In this document: piece by piece, positions 29,695 through 36,709 of the stretch
Numbering within the stretch: the first letter of the stretch is position 1
Layout: each line of letters opens with the position of its first letter
Virus record (IMG/VR): IMGVR_UViG_3300032676_000720
Length of the DNA stretch: 64,000 bases
From: an uncultured virus (IMG/VR IMGVR_UViG_3300032676_000720)
Taxonomy: Duplodnaviria > Heunggongvirae > Uroviricota > Caudoviricetes
Strand: one strand, 5' to 3'
Position numbers and translations under genes: made by a program
Notes under the pieces: generated by a model
What the model was told of the DNA's origin: nothing
What the model saw: the letters and a program-made list of their open reading frames with translations, nothing else
The model's database searches: none

Positions 29695-30300
29695 CTACAT
29701 TACGGGTCCATTCCCATTCTTAAATCCGACTTCCCCTCCCTGCTCTTTAATCCTCTTTAATACATCTTCAAATAAGATTGGAGCAAAGTCGGGTAGTTGT
29801 TCAACGGACACATTGAAATATCGTGGATCAATCTCGTCGCTATATAGAATTTTGCCGGTCTTGGCATCAACTCCGCGTGGCTTCATTACACGATTGGCGT
29901 GGAGGTGGCCGTGGATTGAGCAACCAAATCTACCTAGCGATTCTTCATGAATAGGAATATGGCTAAGAATCATTCCATTCATCACATGATATGCACGAAG
30001 TTCACGGAAGTATTTCCGGTAGTCCTCATCTTTAAAAATGTCGTGATTACCACGAATAAGAACCTTGTCTCCGTTAAGTCTATCCATAATAGGCAATGCT
30101 TTTCGATTCATAACAACATCACCTAAGTGGTAAACTTTGTCGTTAGGTCGTACTCTTTCGTTCCATGCTGTAATCATGGCCTCATCCATCTCCTCAGCAG
30201 AGTCCCACGGGCGAAGTTTTGTAACCCCATCACTACGAGTGAAGCGACATACACCGGCATGACCAAAGTGTGTATCGCTAACTAAAAATACTGCTGGCAT
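29695..30300 (-). CDS. Calcineurin-like metallophosphoesterase
   Basis: SDTHFGH, LGD, GNHD, HGHLH. Confidence 0.9.
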   Translation of the reverse strand: MPAVFLVSDTHFGHAGVCRFTRSDGVTKLRPWDSAEEMDEAMITAWNERVRPNDKVYHLGDVVMNRKALPIMDRLNGDKVLIRGNHDIFKDEDYRKYFRELRAYHVMNGMILSHIPIHEESLGRFGCSIHGHLHANRVMKPRGVDAKTGKILYSDEIDPRYFNVSVEQLPDFAPILFEDVLKRIKEQGGEVGFKNGNGPVM

Positions 30301-30330
30301 ATTATGCTCCTTTCTCTAAGTTAATAAAAC

Positions 30331-30359
30331 ATTATACTATAAAAGTATTTTTTTGTCAA
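30331..30359 (-). promoter_or_regulatory. sigma70-type promoter
   Basis: TTGACA-17-TATAAT. Confidence 0.85.
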
Positions 30360-30362
30360 TTC

Positions 30363-30438
30363 TGGTGGAAATGGAGGGATTCGAACCCCCGACCTTGTCC
30401 GTATGAAGGACCTGCTCTACCAACTAAGCTACATTTCC
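30363..30438 (-). tRNA. tRNA with CAU anticodon, identity uncertain
   Basis: GTCC-TT-CAT-AC-GGAC; GGAAATG acceptor, A73, CCA. Confidence 0.8.
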
Positions 30439-30462
30439 GTAAATGAAAAAAGGCGTAGAGTA

Positions 30463-30864
30463 TTATCCCCAAACCTCTTTATATTTTTCTAAAGCCTTTT
30501 TTCTTGCTAACACAAGTCTAATTTTCATTTCATCCGAAATGTCTTGTACATCAGCTGTTTGGTCGACTAGCTCTGGACGACGATATCCAATTTGAAACTC
30601 TGGAGTTTCATCGTAATAGTCATCATCGTTATCATTTAAAAATACACGAGCTAACGGTCGCTTAGGTAGATGTAGTTTTGCCTTCGTTCTTGTGATGATA
30701 GCACGGACCCGACCGTTTGCTGTCGCAGTTGGGGCAACCCATTCTAAGCGATTGGAATCCAAAGACTGTGCCAACTCGGCTGAGCTTTTCTGGCTTATTA
30801 TTACTAAAGTCGCGAGTGTTAATACTTGTAACAGGGTGGGTATACATGAGTTTCTCCTAAGCAT
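30463..30864 (-). CDS. Hypothetical protein, possible signal peptide
   Basis: ORF track. Confidence 0.45.
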   Translation of the reverse strand: MLRRNSCIPTLLQVLTLATLVIISQKSSAELAQSLDSNRLEWVAPTATANGRVRAIITRTKAKLHLPKRPLARVFLNDNDDDYYDETPEFQIGYRRPELVDQTADVQDISDEMKIRLVLARKKALEKYKEVWG

Positions 30865-30925
30865 ACTATATTAACGCTTAAGAGTTACACTAAGTTGACA
30901 ATAATATTGCCAAAATTATATCTTT

Positions 30926-31000
30926 TGGTCCGGCGTACAGGAATCGAACCCATATTCATCGGGTAGAAGCCGATTGTACTATCCATTGTACTAACGCCAG
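30926..31000 (-). tRNA. tRNA-Arg(UCU)
   Basis: ATCGG-CT-TCT-AC-CCGAT; CCA. Confidence 0.9.
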
Positions 31001-31001
31001 C

Positions 31002-31122
31002 TTATATTGAAACACACTAGAAGAACCGTGACGAGCGGATTCATTTACCTTCCTCCAACAAGCGGAAGCCCATACCGGTCAGATATGGTGCCACTACTAA
31101 GGATTAATGTGCTTCAATATAA
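31002..31122 (-). ncRNA. Unknown structured RNA, about 120 nt
   Basis: Long terminal stem enclosing three hairpins, between two tRNAs. Confidence 0.6.
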
Positions 31123-31297
31123 ACTGGTCCAGGCGCAGAGATTTGAACTCTGAAAGTTCGGGTAAAAGCCGAATATGATAGCCAGTTTCATCACACCTGG
31201 ATTGTTTTTCTTGCTTGCGTAGAGCTTTATTGCTCTTGCGGTGCGAGCCCGCTTTCCGTTTATTTGCTAGTACAGCAAATATATTTCTTGCTTTCAT
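31097..31297 (-). CDS. Small basic ORF reading through tRNA-Lys
   Basis: Strong SD AAGGAG; MKARNIFAVLANKRKAGSHRK... Confidence 0.5.
   Translation of the reverse strand: MKARNIFAVLANKRKAGSHRKSNKALRKQEKQSRCDETGYHIRLLPELSEFKSLRLDQFILKHINP
31125..31200 (-). tRNA. tRNA-Lys(UUU)
   Basis: TTCGG-CT-TTT-AC-CCGAA; CCA. Confidence 0.85.
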
Positions 31298-31309
31298 TTT
31301 ACTTCTCCT

Positions 31310-31729
31310 TTAAAAATCTGTTAGTGGAACTAGTTCCTCTAAATTTACAACATCGGTCCAATCTTCAATATGGCCCGAGTAGTAACCGTTGTGTTCGTTG
31401 CGTACTTCAAAATCAATATATCCACGGTTAGTGCGAATAGTAAAGAAGCCATCTTCGACTACTTCTGCGTATTCGTCATCTGTCTCAACATTGACCCACT
31501 CTTTTTCTTCTACAGCAGTAACTAACGCACCACGTAGCAAATCAAAAGTGTTACCTTCTCCAATTACATCTCTACCTTGAAAGTGATTAATGTAAACAGT
31601 ATTACAACAATCGCCACATACATAAAATCCTAATACTTCTCCTTCGATGGTACGAAATGCAACTCTATCATGGTCTTCGTTTAGGAAAATACCATTAATG
31701 CGTTTTCCAACTAGCTTGTTTAAAACCAT
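31310..31729 (-). CDS. Hypothetical phage protein
   Basis: SD AAGGAG; GDCC, NEHNGYYSG. Confidence 0.75.
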   Translation of the reverse strand: MVLNKLVGKRINGIFLNEDHDRVAFRTIEGEVLGFYVCGDCCNTVYINHFQGRDVIGEGNTFDLLRGALVTAVEEKEWVNVETDDEYAEVVEDGFFTIRTNRGYIDFEVRNEHNGYYSGHIEDWTDVVNLEELVPLTDF

Positions 31730-31761
31730 GCCATTCTCCTTTTAAAATTTAAAACATATTA

Positions 31762-31836
31762 GGGGTGACCTGTGGAATTCGAATCCACCCTATCGGAATC
31801 ACAATCCGAGGTGCTAACCGCTAACACTAAGGCCAC
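31762..31836 (-). tRNA. tRNA-His(GUG), no encoded G-1 and no full CCA
   Basis: TCGGA-TT-GTG-AT-TCCGA; C73; T at -1. Confidence 0.85.
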
Positions 31837-31850
31837 ACCTAATATGTCTA

Positions 31851-31926
31851 TGGTGCACCCTCTTGGTTACGCTCCAAGCCATCCAGCTCTTAGAGCTGGC
31901 GCTTCCACTAGGTTAGCTTAGGGTGC
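31851..31926 (-). tRNA. Atypical class I tRNA, nominal anticodon UAA
   Basis: CCAGC-TC-TAA-GA-GCTGG; T-loop AGCGTAA; CCA. Confidence 0.65.
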
Positions 31927-32142
31927 TCTACCTCTTGATATCCAACCATCATAGTTGTCGACATCTTTTACTTCGTCTACTCCTAGTTTACTCGTGCAGT
32001 TAGGATTTTCACTACACATCGTAACAAAGGTATGTCCAAGGCTACGATGGAATTGAGACGCAGATAATGCCATACTTAAATCATCAAACACTTCTGCGTG
32101 TGGTTTATTATCCACAGTATAATAAACTTTAAACATATTCAC
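31918..32142 (-). CDS. Small hypothetical protein
   Basis: ORF track; stop lies inside the next tRNA. Confidence 0.6.
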   Translation of the reverse strand: MNMFKVYYTVDNKPHAEVFDDLSMALSASQFHRSLGHTFVTMCSENPNCTSKLGVDEVKDVDNYDGWISRGRAP

Positions 32143-32152
32143 TTTCTAAAAT

Positions 32153-32226
32153 TGGTACCTCGTGATGGTGTCGAACCACCGAGACCCACTTGTAAGGAGG
32201 GCAGTATACCGTTTACTTAACGAGGC
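32153..32226 (-). tRNA. tRNA-Val(UAC)
   Basis: Loop CT-TAC-AA; CCA. Confidence 0.9.
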
Positions 32227-32229
32227 ATT

Positions 32230-32303
32230 TGGTAGAGGTACTAAGATTTGAACTTAGACTAATGCCTTCAAAGGGCACGGTGCTGCCGTTACACTATACC
32301 TCA
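32230..32303 (-). tRNA. tRNA-Gln(UUG)
   Basis: Loop CT-TTG-AA; 1:72 mismatch; CCA. Confidence 0.85.
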
Positions 32304-32309
32304 ACAGTT

Positions 32310-32383
32310 TGGTTGCGGGTTCTGGAATCGCACCAGAGACTAGGGCTTATGAGACCCTCGAGATACTCCTTCTCCAACCCGCG
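32310..32383 (-). tRNA. Initiator-type tRNA-Met(CAU)
   Basis: C1:A72 mismatch; CT-CAT-AA. Confidence 0.85.
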
Positions 32384-32389
32384 ATAGAT

Positions 32390-32464
32390 TGGTGGACCGT
32401 GGGAGAGTCGAACTCCCTACTCCTGCGTGCAAGGCAGGTGTGTTCCCAATTATACCAACAGCCC
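32390..32464 (-). tRNA. tRNA-Ala(UGC)
   Basis: G3:U70; CT-TGC-AC. Confidence 0.95.
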
Positions 32465-32896
32465 TAAATTCTTTTGCCATTCATTAATAAATGGCAATAC
32501 TTCGTGTTTCCATTTGCTATGAACCATCTCGTGATGATTTGGGCATAGCGGTATTAAATTACTGGGCTTGTTATTTTTTCTATTCTCATCAATATGATGG
32601 ATAGCAACAATCTTGTCAAACCCGCAAATAATACACTTGTGTTCGTGATGCTGTTTTGCTATAGTCGCATAATGTGTGGCATTGTCTTTCCACCAAGAGC
32701 TTCTGTTATTAGCACAACTTCTACTACAAAATCTAGCTGTTTCAAATTGTTTGGTATTTTGTCTACCAGTCCAAACAAATTCTTTATTACAGCATCCGCA
32801 AATTTTAGTATGATCTTTTACTGGACCATACTTTCTATTTACTTTTGCTATTTGACCAGCTTTATAAGATTCTGTATAATATTTTCCGTTATTCAT
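32450..32896 (-). CDS. HNH endonuclease
   Basis: FCSRSC, CIICG, IHHIDENRKNN..NLIPLCPNHH. Confidence 0.85.
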   Translation of the reverse strand: MNNGKYYTESYKAGQIAKVNRKYGPVKDHTKICGCCNKEFVWTGRQNTKQFETARFCSRSCANNRSSWWKDNATHYATIAKQHHEHKCIICGFDKIVAIHHIDENRKNNKPSNLIPLCPNHHEMVHSKWKHEVLPFINEWQKNLGLLV

Positions 32897-32911
32897 AATT
32901 TTTAATTACTT

Positions 32912-32985
32912 TGGAGCGGGTAGAGAGAATCGAACTCTCAACTAAACCTTGGCAAGGTCTCGGGTTACCATTACACCATACCCGC
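32912..32985 (-). tRNA. tRNA-Gly(GCC)
   Basis: U73; TT-GCC-AA. Confidence 0.95.
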
Positions 32986-32989
32986 AAAT

Positions 32990-33505
32990 TTATAAAATAC
33001 TTTCTAATAACTTCCTAACATCTAATGTAATAGGTTGTAAGTTATTTACTACTGTAGAATCTTTACATATCCAATTAGCAACAGGCAGTCCTGGTTTTAA
33101 ATTAAACTGCCCGCTTTTTGTTTCAAGATTCCTATTACATTCGTCCCACGATAATTGCGATATAGCAAACTTATGCGGGGCTGACTGAATACATAACAAA
33201 TAATCAAATGATTGATTAAATTTAGACTTATTAGTATTTTGAAGTGAAACTCGTCCTGTAATTGTATTCTTCGGTGAAAACATATCAGCTACTGATTTAA
33301 ATTCATATTTTGTATTAGTTTCTAAATCAATGCTATCATATCCTTCCTGGTCAACATACTTTAATCTTCCGTCTGTTGCTTTCTCTAATGCTAATGCTAG
33401 AACTTCGCCTTTGAGAAATCTATAAGATGGCTTATTAAGTTGCTTGCCAAGTTTAACTAAACAATCAACTACGGGTTGATAATCTACATCCTTCAAAAAA
33501 CTCAT
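32990..33505 (-). CDS. Possible PD-(D/E)xK nuclease
   Basis: E...GYDSID...YEFKS motif. Confidence 0.5.
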   Translation of the reverse strand: MSFLKDVDYQPVVDCLVKLGKQLNKPSYRFLKGEVLALALEKATDGRLKYVDQEGYDSIDLETNTKYEFKSVADMFSPKNTITGRVSLQNTNKSKFNQSFDYLLCIQSAPHKFAISQLSWDECNRNLETKSGQFNLKPGLPVANWICKDSTVVNNLQPITLDVRKLLESIL

Positions 33506-33519
33506 AAGTTCCTTTAATT

Positions 33520-33593
33520 TGGAGCGGGATAAGAGAATCGAACTCTTGACCGAAGATTGGAAATCTGCTGTTTTACCATTAAACTAATCCCGC
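33520..33593 (-). tRNA. tRNA-Gly(UCC)
   Basis: U73; TT-TCC-AA. Confidence 0.95.
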
Positions 33594-33595
33594 AT

Positions 33596-33752
33596 TGGTG
33601 TCGTAACGGCAGGGCCCTTCAGGATGAGTTACGACGTTACTACATTGAGGCATTGCACCGTAGCTTACGCTACCCCCATCAACTGCCTCAAATTTTGTGT
33701 AGGGCTTCCACCTACTCCCACCTCGCTTTAAAGTCTGCGTGTCCAAGACTTA
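33596..33752 (-). ncRNA. Unexplained structured RNA segment ending in a CCA minihelix
   Basis: AGTCT/AGACT, GTAGG/CCTAC, TTGAGGCA/TGCCTCAA and GTCGTAAC/GTTACGAC-ACCA stems. Confidence 0.5.
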
Positions 33753-33792
33753 GTTCTATTGCTAGAACTGAAAATGTTACTTTCTAATACTT

Positions 33793-33823
33793 TGGTACCT
33801 CGGGCCGGAATCGAACCGTTCGC
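33793..33823 (-). pseudogene. Truncated tRNA (T-arm and 3' acceptor strand only)
   Basis: CGGTTCGATTCCGGCCCGAGGTACCA with no matching 5' half. Confidence 0.7.
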
Positions 33824-33830
33824 GTTATAT

Positions 33831-33916
33831 TGGTGCCCGGAGCCGGACTCGAACCGGCATGCCTTTTAAAGCGGAAGATTTTAAGTCTTCTATGTATACC
33901 ATTTCATCACCCGGGC
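33831..33916 (-). tRNA. tRNA-Leu(UAA)
   Basis: Class II; CT-TAA-AA. Confidence 0.95.
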
Positions 33917-34371
33917 GTTTGATCTATCTTGCGCCAACCTTTAGGTTTACCACCTTTTCTGTTAGCGGCAATTTTTGCCTTATGTTCTTCCGACTTTGGT
34001 TTTCCTTTATTTCCAGATCCATTAGTATTACCTAACATTACTTTGCTATTCATAGCAGATGCTTTTTCTAAACCATATTTTTCAACACGGCGTTCAAAAG
34101 GATTTTTATGTGTCCCAAACTCTTTACCATCAATGATGATATTATCGTAATCAGTGCCCCAATACAAATGTTTTGGATTACTACATTTACTATTATTACA
34201 AGCATGACACAACAGTATGCGCCCGCTTGGAATAGTTGTATCTAAATATTGTGCTAATACACCTTTATGATTAGTAGAGTTACCGCCGCGTTCACAACAA
34301 GGCTCGGATAAGTCTAAGTGAGCCCTGCGTTCTTCGCGAGATTTTTTAATAAATTCTTCTACTATAATCAT
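33907..34371 (-). CDS. HNH-type homing endonuclease with NUMOD3-like tail
   Basis: LCHACNNSKCSNPKHLYWGT..DN; KSEEHKAKI; own TTGACA-17-TATAAT (34378-34406). Confidence 0.8.
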   Translation of the reverse strand: MIIVEEFIKKSREERRAHLDLSEPCCERGGNSTNHKGVLAQYLDTTIPSGRILLCHACNNSKCSNPKHLYWGTDYDNIIIDGKEFGTHKNPFERRVEKYGLEKASAMNSKVMLGNTNGSGNKGKPKSEEHKAKIAANRKGGKPKGWRKIDQTPG

Positions 34372-34412
34372 AACAGTATTATATAGTAATAATTTATTAC
34401 TGTCAAATATTT

Positions 34413-34497
34413 TGGTGGGCAAGGAGAGACTCGAACTCTCACGCCTTGCGGCACTGGCTTCTAAGACCAGCATGGCTACCAATTACATCACTCACCC
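34413..34497 (-). tRNA. tRNA-Leu(UAG)
   Basis: Class II; CT-TAG-AA. Confidence 0.95.
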
Positions 34498-34962
34498 ATT
34501 TACTACTTTTAAACCTTTTAATCTATCTGCGGCATAACTAGCCGCAAACGCTTGTGGCTTAACTAGTGGCTCTACATTACATACGCCACGGATATAACCA
34601 ATAGCTTGACTTACAACATTAGAACTAGCATGAATTTCGTTAGGATTAATATCTAAATGTACTTCTACAGCACGACCTTCTAATACTTCTGCTAATTTTA
34701 AATACAATTCACTAACCTTAAACACTTCAGTCATTAATCTAGTATTAGGTTTATCACAACGGTCATAATCTCGTTCTCTAGTCACTTCACCAAATAACTT
34801 ACAACCGTGATTACCGTCAATATGTACAACAATAGCGGCTGTATAGTCAGCATACCATTCTTTGCCACGCTTAATTCGTTCAGAGTCCACACCAATATAA
34901 ATCTTAGTGTCTGGACCTTGAGCATCTATAAACTTTTTGATTTGTGGTATGTTAAACTTCAT
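34492..34962 (-). CDS. YkuK-family RNase H-like protein
   Basis: IYIGVDS, RLMTEV, EVHLDIN, KPQAFAASYAAD. Confidence 0.8.
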   Translation of the reverse strand: MKFNIPQIKKFIDAQGPDTKIYIGVDSERIKRGKEWYADYTAAIVVHIDGNHGCKLFGEVTRERDYDRCDKPNTRLMTEVFKVSELYLKLAEVLEGRAVEVHLDINPNEIHASSNVVSQAIGYIRGVCNVEPLVKPQAFAASYAADRLKGLKVVNG

Positions 34963-34983
34963 TATTCTCTTTCTTAAGTTATT

Positions 34984-35057
34984 TGGCGTCCCGGCAGGGA
35001 TTCGAACCCCGACCAACAGTTTTGGAGACTGCGATGCTACCGTTACACTACCAAGAC
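34984..35057 (-). tRNA. tRNA-Trp(CCA)
   Basis: CT-CCA-AA; G73. Confidence 0.9.
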
Positions 35058-35077
35058 GTTGTACTACTATTTAATGT

Positions 35078-35154
35078 TGGTGCCTCAACCTAGACTCGAA
35101 CTAGGGACCCTTGCGTTATCAACACAATGCTCTAACCAACTGAGCTATTGAGGC
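35078..35154 (-). tRNA. tRNA-Ile(GAU)
   Basis: TT-GAT-AA. Confidence 0.95.
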
Positions 35155-35155
35155 A

Positions 35156-35232
35156 TGGTGGGTCTTGAGAGACTCGAACTCCCAACCGCTAGTTTCGAAG
35201 ACTAGAACTCTAATCCATTGAGCTAAAGACCC
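35156..35232 (-). tRNA. tRNA-Arg(UCG)
   Basis: CT-TCG-AA. Confidence 0.9.
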
Positions 35233-35237
35233 ATGTT

Positions 35238-35332
35238 TGGTAGTAGATATAGGTTATGATCCTATCCGTTGCAGCCCATCTGACCACTCTCCCAGGTTTA
35301 TAAAACCCGGCCGCACACCAGTGCTATCTACC
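35238..35332 (-). tRNA. Atypical tRNA-like RNA, anticodon UAU, long variable region
   Basis: GGTAGAT/ATCTACT-ACCA; 4-nt D loop; TT-TAT-AA; T-loop ATCATAA. Confidence 0.65.
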
Positions 35333-35342
35333 ATATTGTTAT

Positions 35343-35429
35343 TGGCGGAAAGTATTGGAGTCGAACCAATCCACCCATTGCTGAATGACAGATTAGCAAT
35401 CTGTTGCCTTGCCGCTCGGCCAACTTTCC
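35343..35429 (-). tRNA. tRNA-Ser(GCU)
   Basis: Class II; TT-GCT-AA. Confidence 0.95.
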
Positions 35430-35438
35430 TTAATTGTT

Positions 35439-35533
35439 TGGCGGAAGACAGAGGAGTCGAACCCCACCCGGCTCTTCACCAGGACCTGGTTTTCAAGGCC
35501 AGTCGCAGGACCATCCCCGCTGCATTATCTTCC
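35439..35533 (-). tRNA. tRNA-Ser(UGA), probable 8/4 fold
   Basis: 8-bp acceptor GGAAGATA/TGTCTTCC, 4-bp T-stem; CT-TGA-AA. Confidence 0.85.
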
Positions 35534-35539
35534 ATATTG

Positions 35540-35615
35540 TGGCTCCCCGAGCTGGGCTCGAACCAGCGACACCGTGATTAACAGTCACGTACTCTACCAA
35601 CTGAGCTATCAGGGA
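35540..35615 (-). tRNA. tRNA-Asn(GUU), second copy
   Basis: CT-GTT-AA. Confidence 0.95.
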
Positions 35616-35623
35616 ATTGTTTT

Positions 35624-35701
35624 TGGTCTGTGAGGTAGGATTCGAACCTACAGCCTCCTGACTCCAGATCAGGCCGTCTACCAGATTGACATTACACACA
35701 G
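35624..35701 (-). tRNA. tRNA-Pro(UGG), atypical anticodon loop
   Basis: C1-G72, A73; loop TC-TGG-AG. Confidence 0.85.
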
Positions 35702-35709
35702 ATTGTTAC

Positions 35710-35784
35710 TGGTGCCCCAGAATGGAATCGAACCACCGAACCCGGCTTACAAGACCGGACCTTTACCACTAAGGATACAAGGGC
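35710..35784 (-). tRNA. tRNA-Thr(UGU), second copy
   Basis: CT-TGT-AA. Confidence 0.9.
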
Positions 35785-36167
35785 TATTTTCTGTCTCTAC
35801 CATTTCCTTTATTTTTAGCCTTATATGTAGGCGTCTGACTATGGCAGTTTGGGCATATTGCCCTTAAATTTTCTTCTTTGTTATTTTTATAATTCCCGTC
35901 GATATGATCTAATTCTAGATATAGCGGAAGACCATTATGTTCTTCGATACCACAAATAAGACATTTATTATTTTGTTTTGCCCTTATATAACGATGTATA
36001 TACATACTAGTTTGATGTTTGCCTCGAAGGCCATCTTCTAAACCAGACTTCCACCGTTCTATGTAACTTTGATGCATTCCTTCTAAGTAATGCTTGCCAC
36101 AATAGATTCTTTTTTCTTTATGTGTAAATACCGTAGAACATATTTTACAGCTATATTTTTGTAACAT
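35784..36167 (-). CDS. HNH endonuclease, paralog of 18876-19292
   Basis: LELDHIDGNYKNN..NLRAICPNCHSQTPTYK. Confidence 0.85.
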   Translation of the reverse strand: MLQKYSCKICSTVFTHKEKRIYCGKHYLEGMHQSYIERWKSGLEDGLRGKHQTSMYIHRYIRAKQNNKCLICGIEEHNGLPLYLELDHIDGNYKNNKEENLRAICPNCHSQTPTYKAKNKGNGRDRK

Positions 36168-36183
36168 ATAATCTTTCTTTAAC

Positions 36184-36260
36184 TGGCACTCTGTAGGGGT
36201 GACGATCCCCTCTTACCAACGTGAAAGGCTGGGGTCCTAACCAACATAGACGAACAGAGT
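36184..36260 (-). tRNA. tRNA-Glu(UUC)
   Basis: CT-TTC-AC; T-loop ATCGTCA. Confidence 0.85.
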
Positions 36261-36266
36261 ATAACT

Positions 36267-36344
36267 TGGCGTCCTCACCGGGTGTCGATCCCGGTCCTAC
36301 ACCTTGAAAGGGTGTTGATCTAGCCAATCGTAATCTATGAGGAC
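36267..36344 (-). tRNA. tRNA-Glu(UUC), second type
   Basis: CT-TTC-AA; T-loop ATCGACA. Confidence 0.85.
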
Positions 36345-36350
36345 ATAACT

Positions 36351-36425
36351 TGGCGACTCCAGGGAGTAACGATCTCCCTCTTCCTCTTAGACAGAGAGGT
36401 GTGCGTCCATGAACACTTTGGAGCC
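36351..36425 (-). tRNA. tRNA-Asp(GUC)
   Basis: CT-GTC-TA (U37); G73. Confidence 0.85.
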
Positions 36426-36430
36426 TTTGT

Positions 36431-36504
36431 TGGTTGCGGGCTAGGGTAACGCTCCCTATTCCATCCTGGCTTATGAGACCGGAGTGTGGCTATCACAACC
36501 CGCA
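36431..36504 (-). tRNA. tRNA-Met(CAU), atypical short D arm
   Basis: CT-CAT-AA; T-loop AGCGTTA. Confidence 0.7.
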
Positions 36505-36512
36505 ATAGTTGT

Positions 36513-36590
36513 TGGAGGAACGGGTCGGATTCGAACCGACGACTTTACAGTTTTGCAGACTGTTGCTTTGGGCCACTCAGCCACCGTTCC
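36513..36590 (-). tRNA. tRNA-Cys(GCA)
   Basis: CT-GCA-AA; U73. Confidence 0.9.
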
Positions 36591-36599
36591 GTTATTGTT

Positions 36600-36684
36600 T
36601 GGTGGGTGGTCATGGAGTCGAACCAAGTATGCCAGAGGCGTCTGATTTACAGTCAGGTGCGGTCGCCAGTGCCGCTCACCACCC
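36600..36684 (-). tRNA. tRNA-Tyr(GUA)
   Basis: Class II; CT-GTA-AA. Confidence 0.9.
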
Positions 36685-36709
36685 ATATAACGCTCTCTTT
36701 AGAAAGCGT

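Noticed and set aside
31851..31926. Amber suppressor tRNA (CTA in the loop) and stop-codon recoding
   Set aside because: CTA is off-centre in the 7-nt loop, and core genes read intact in code 11 with TAG, TGA and TAA all used as stops
35439..35533. Selenocysteine tRNA
   Set aside because: Anticodon is UGA (Ser), not UCA; no sel genes seen
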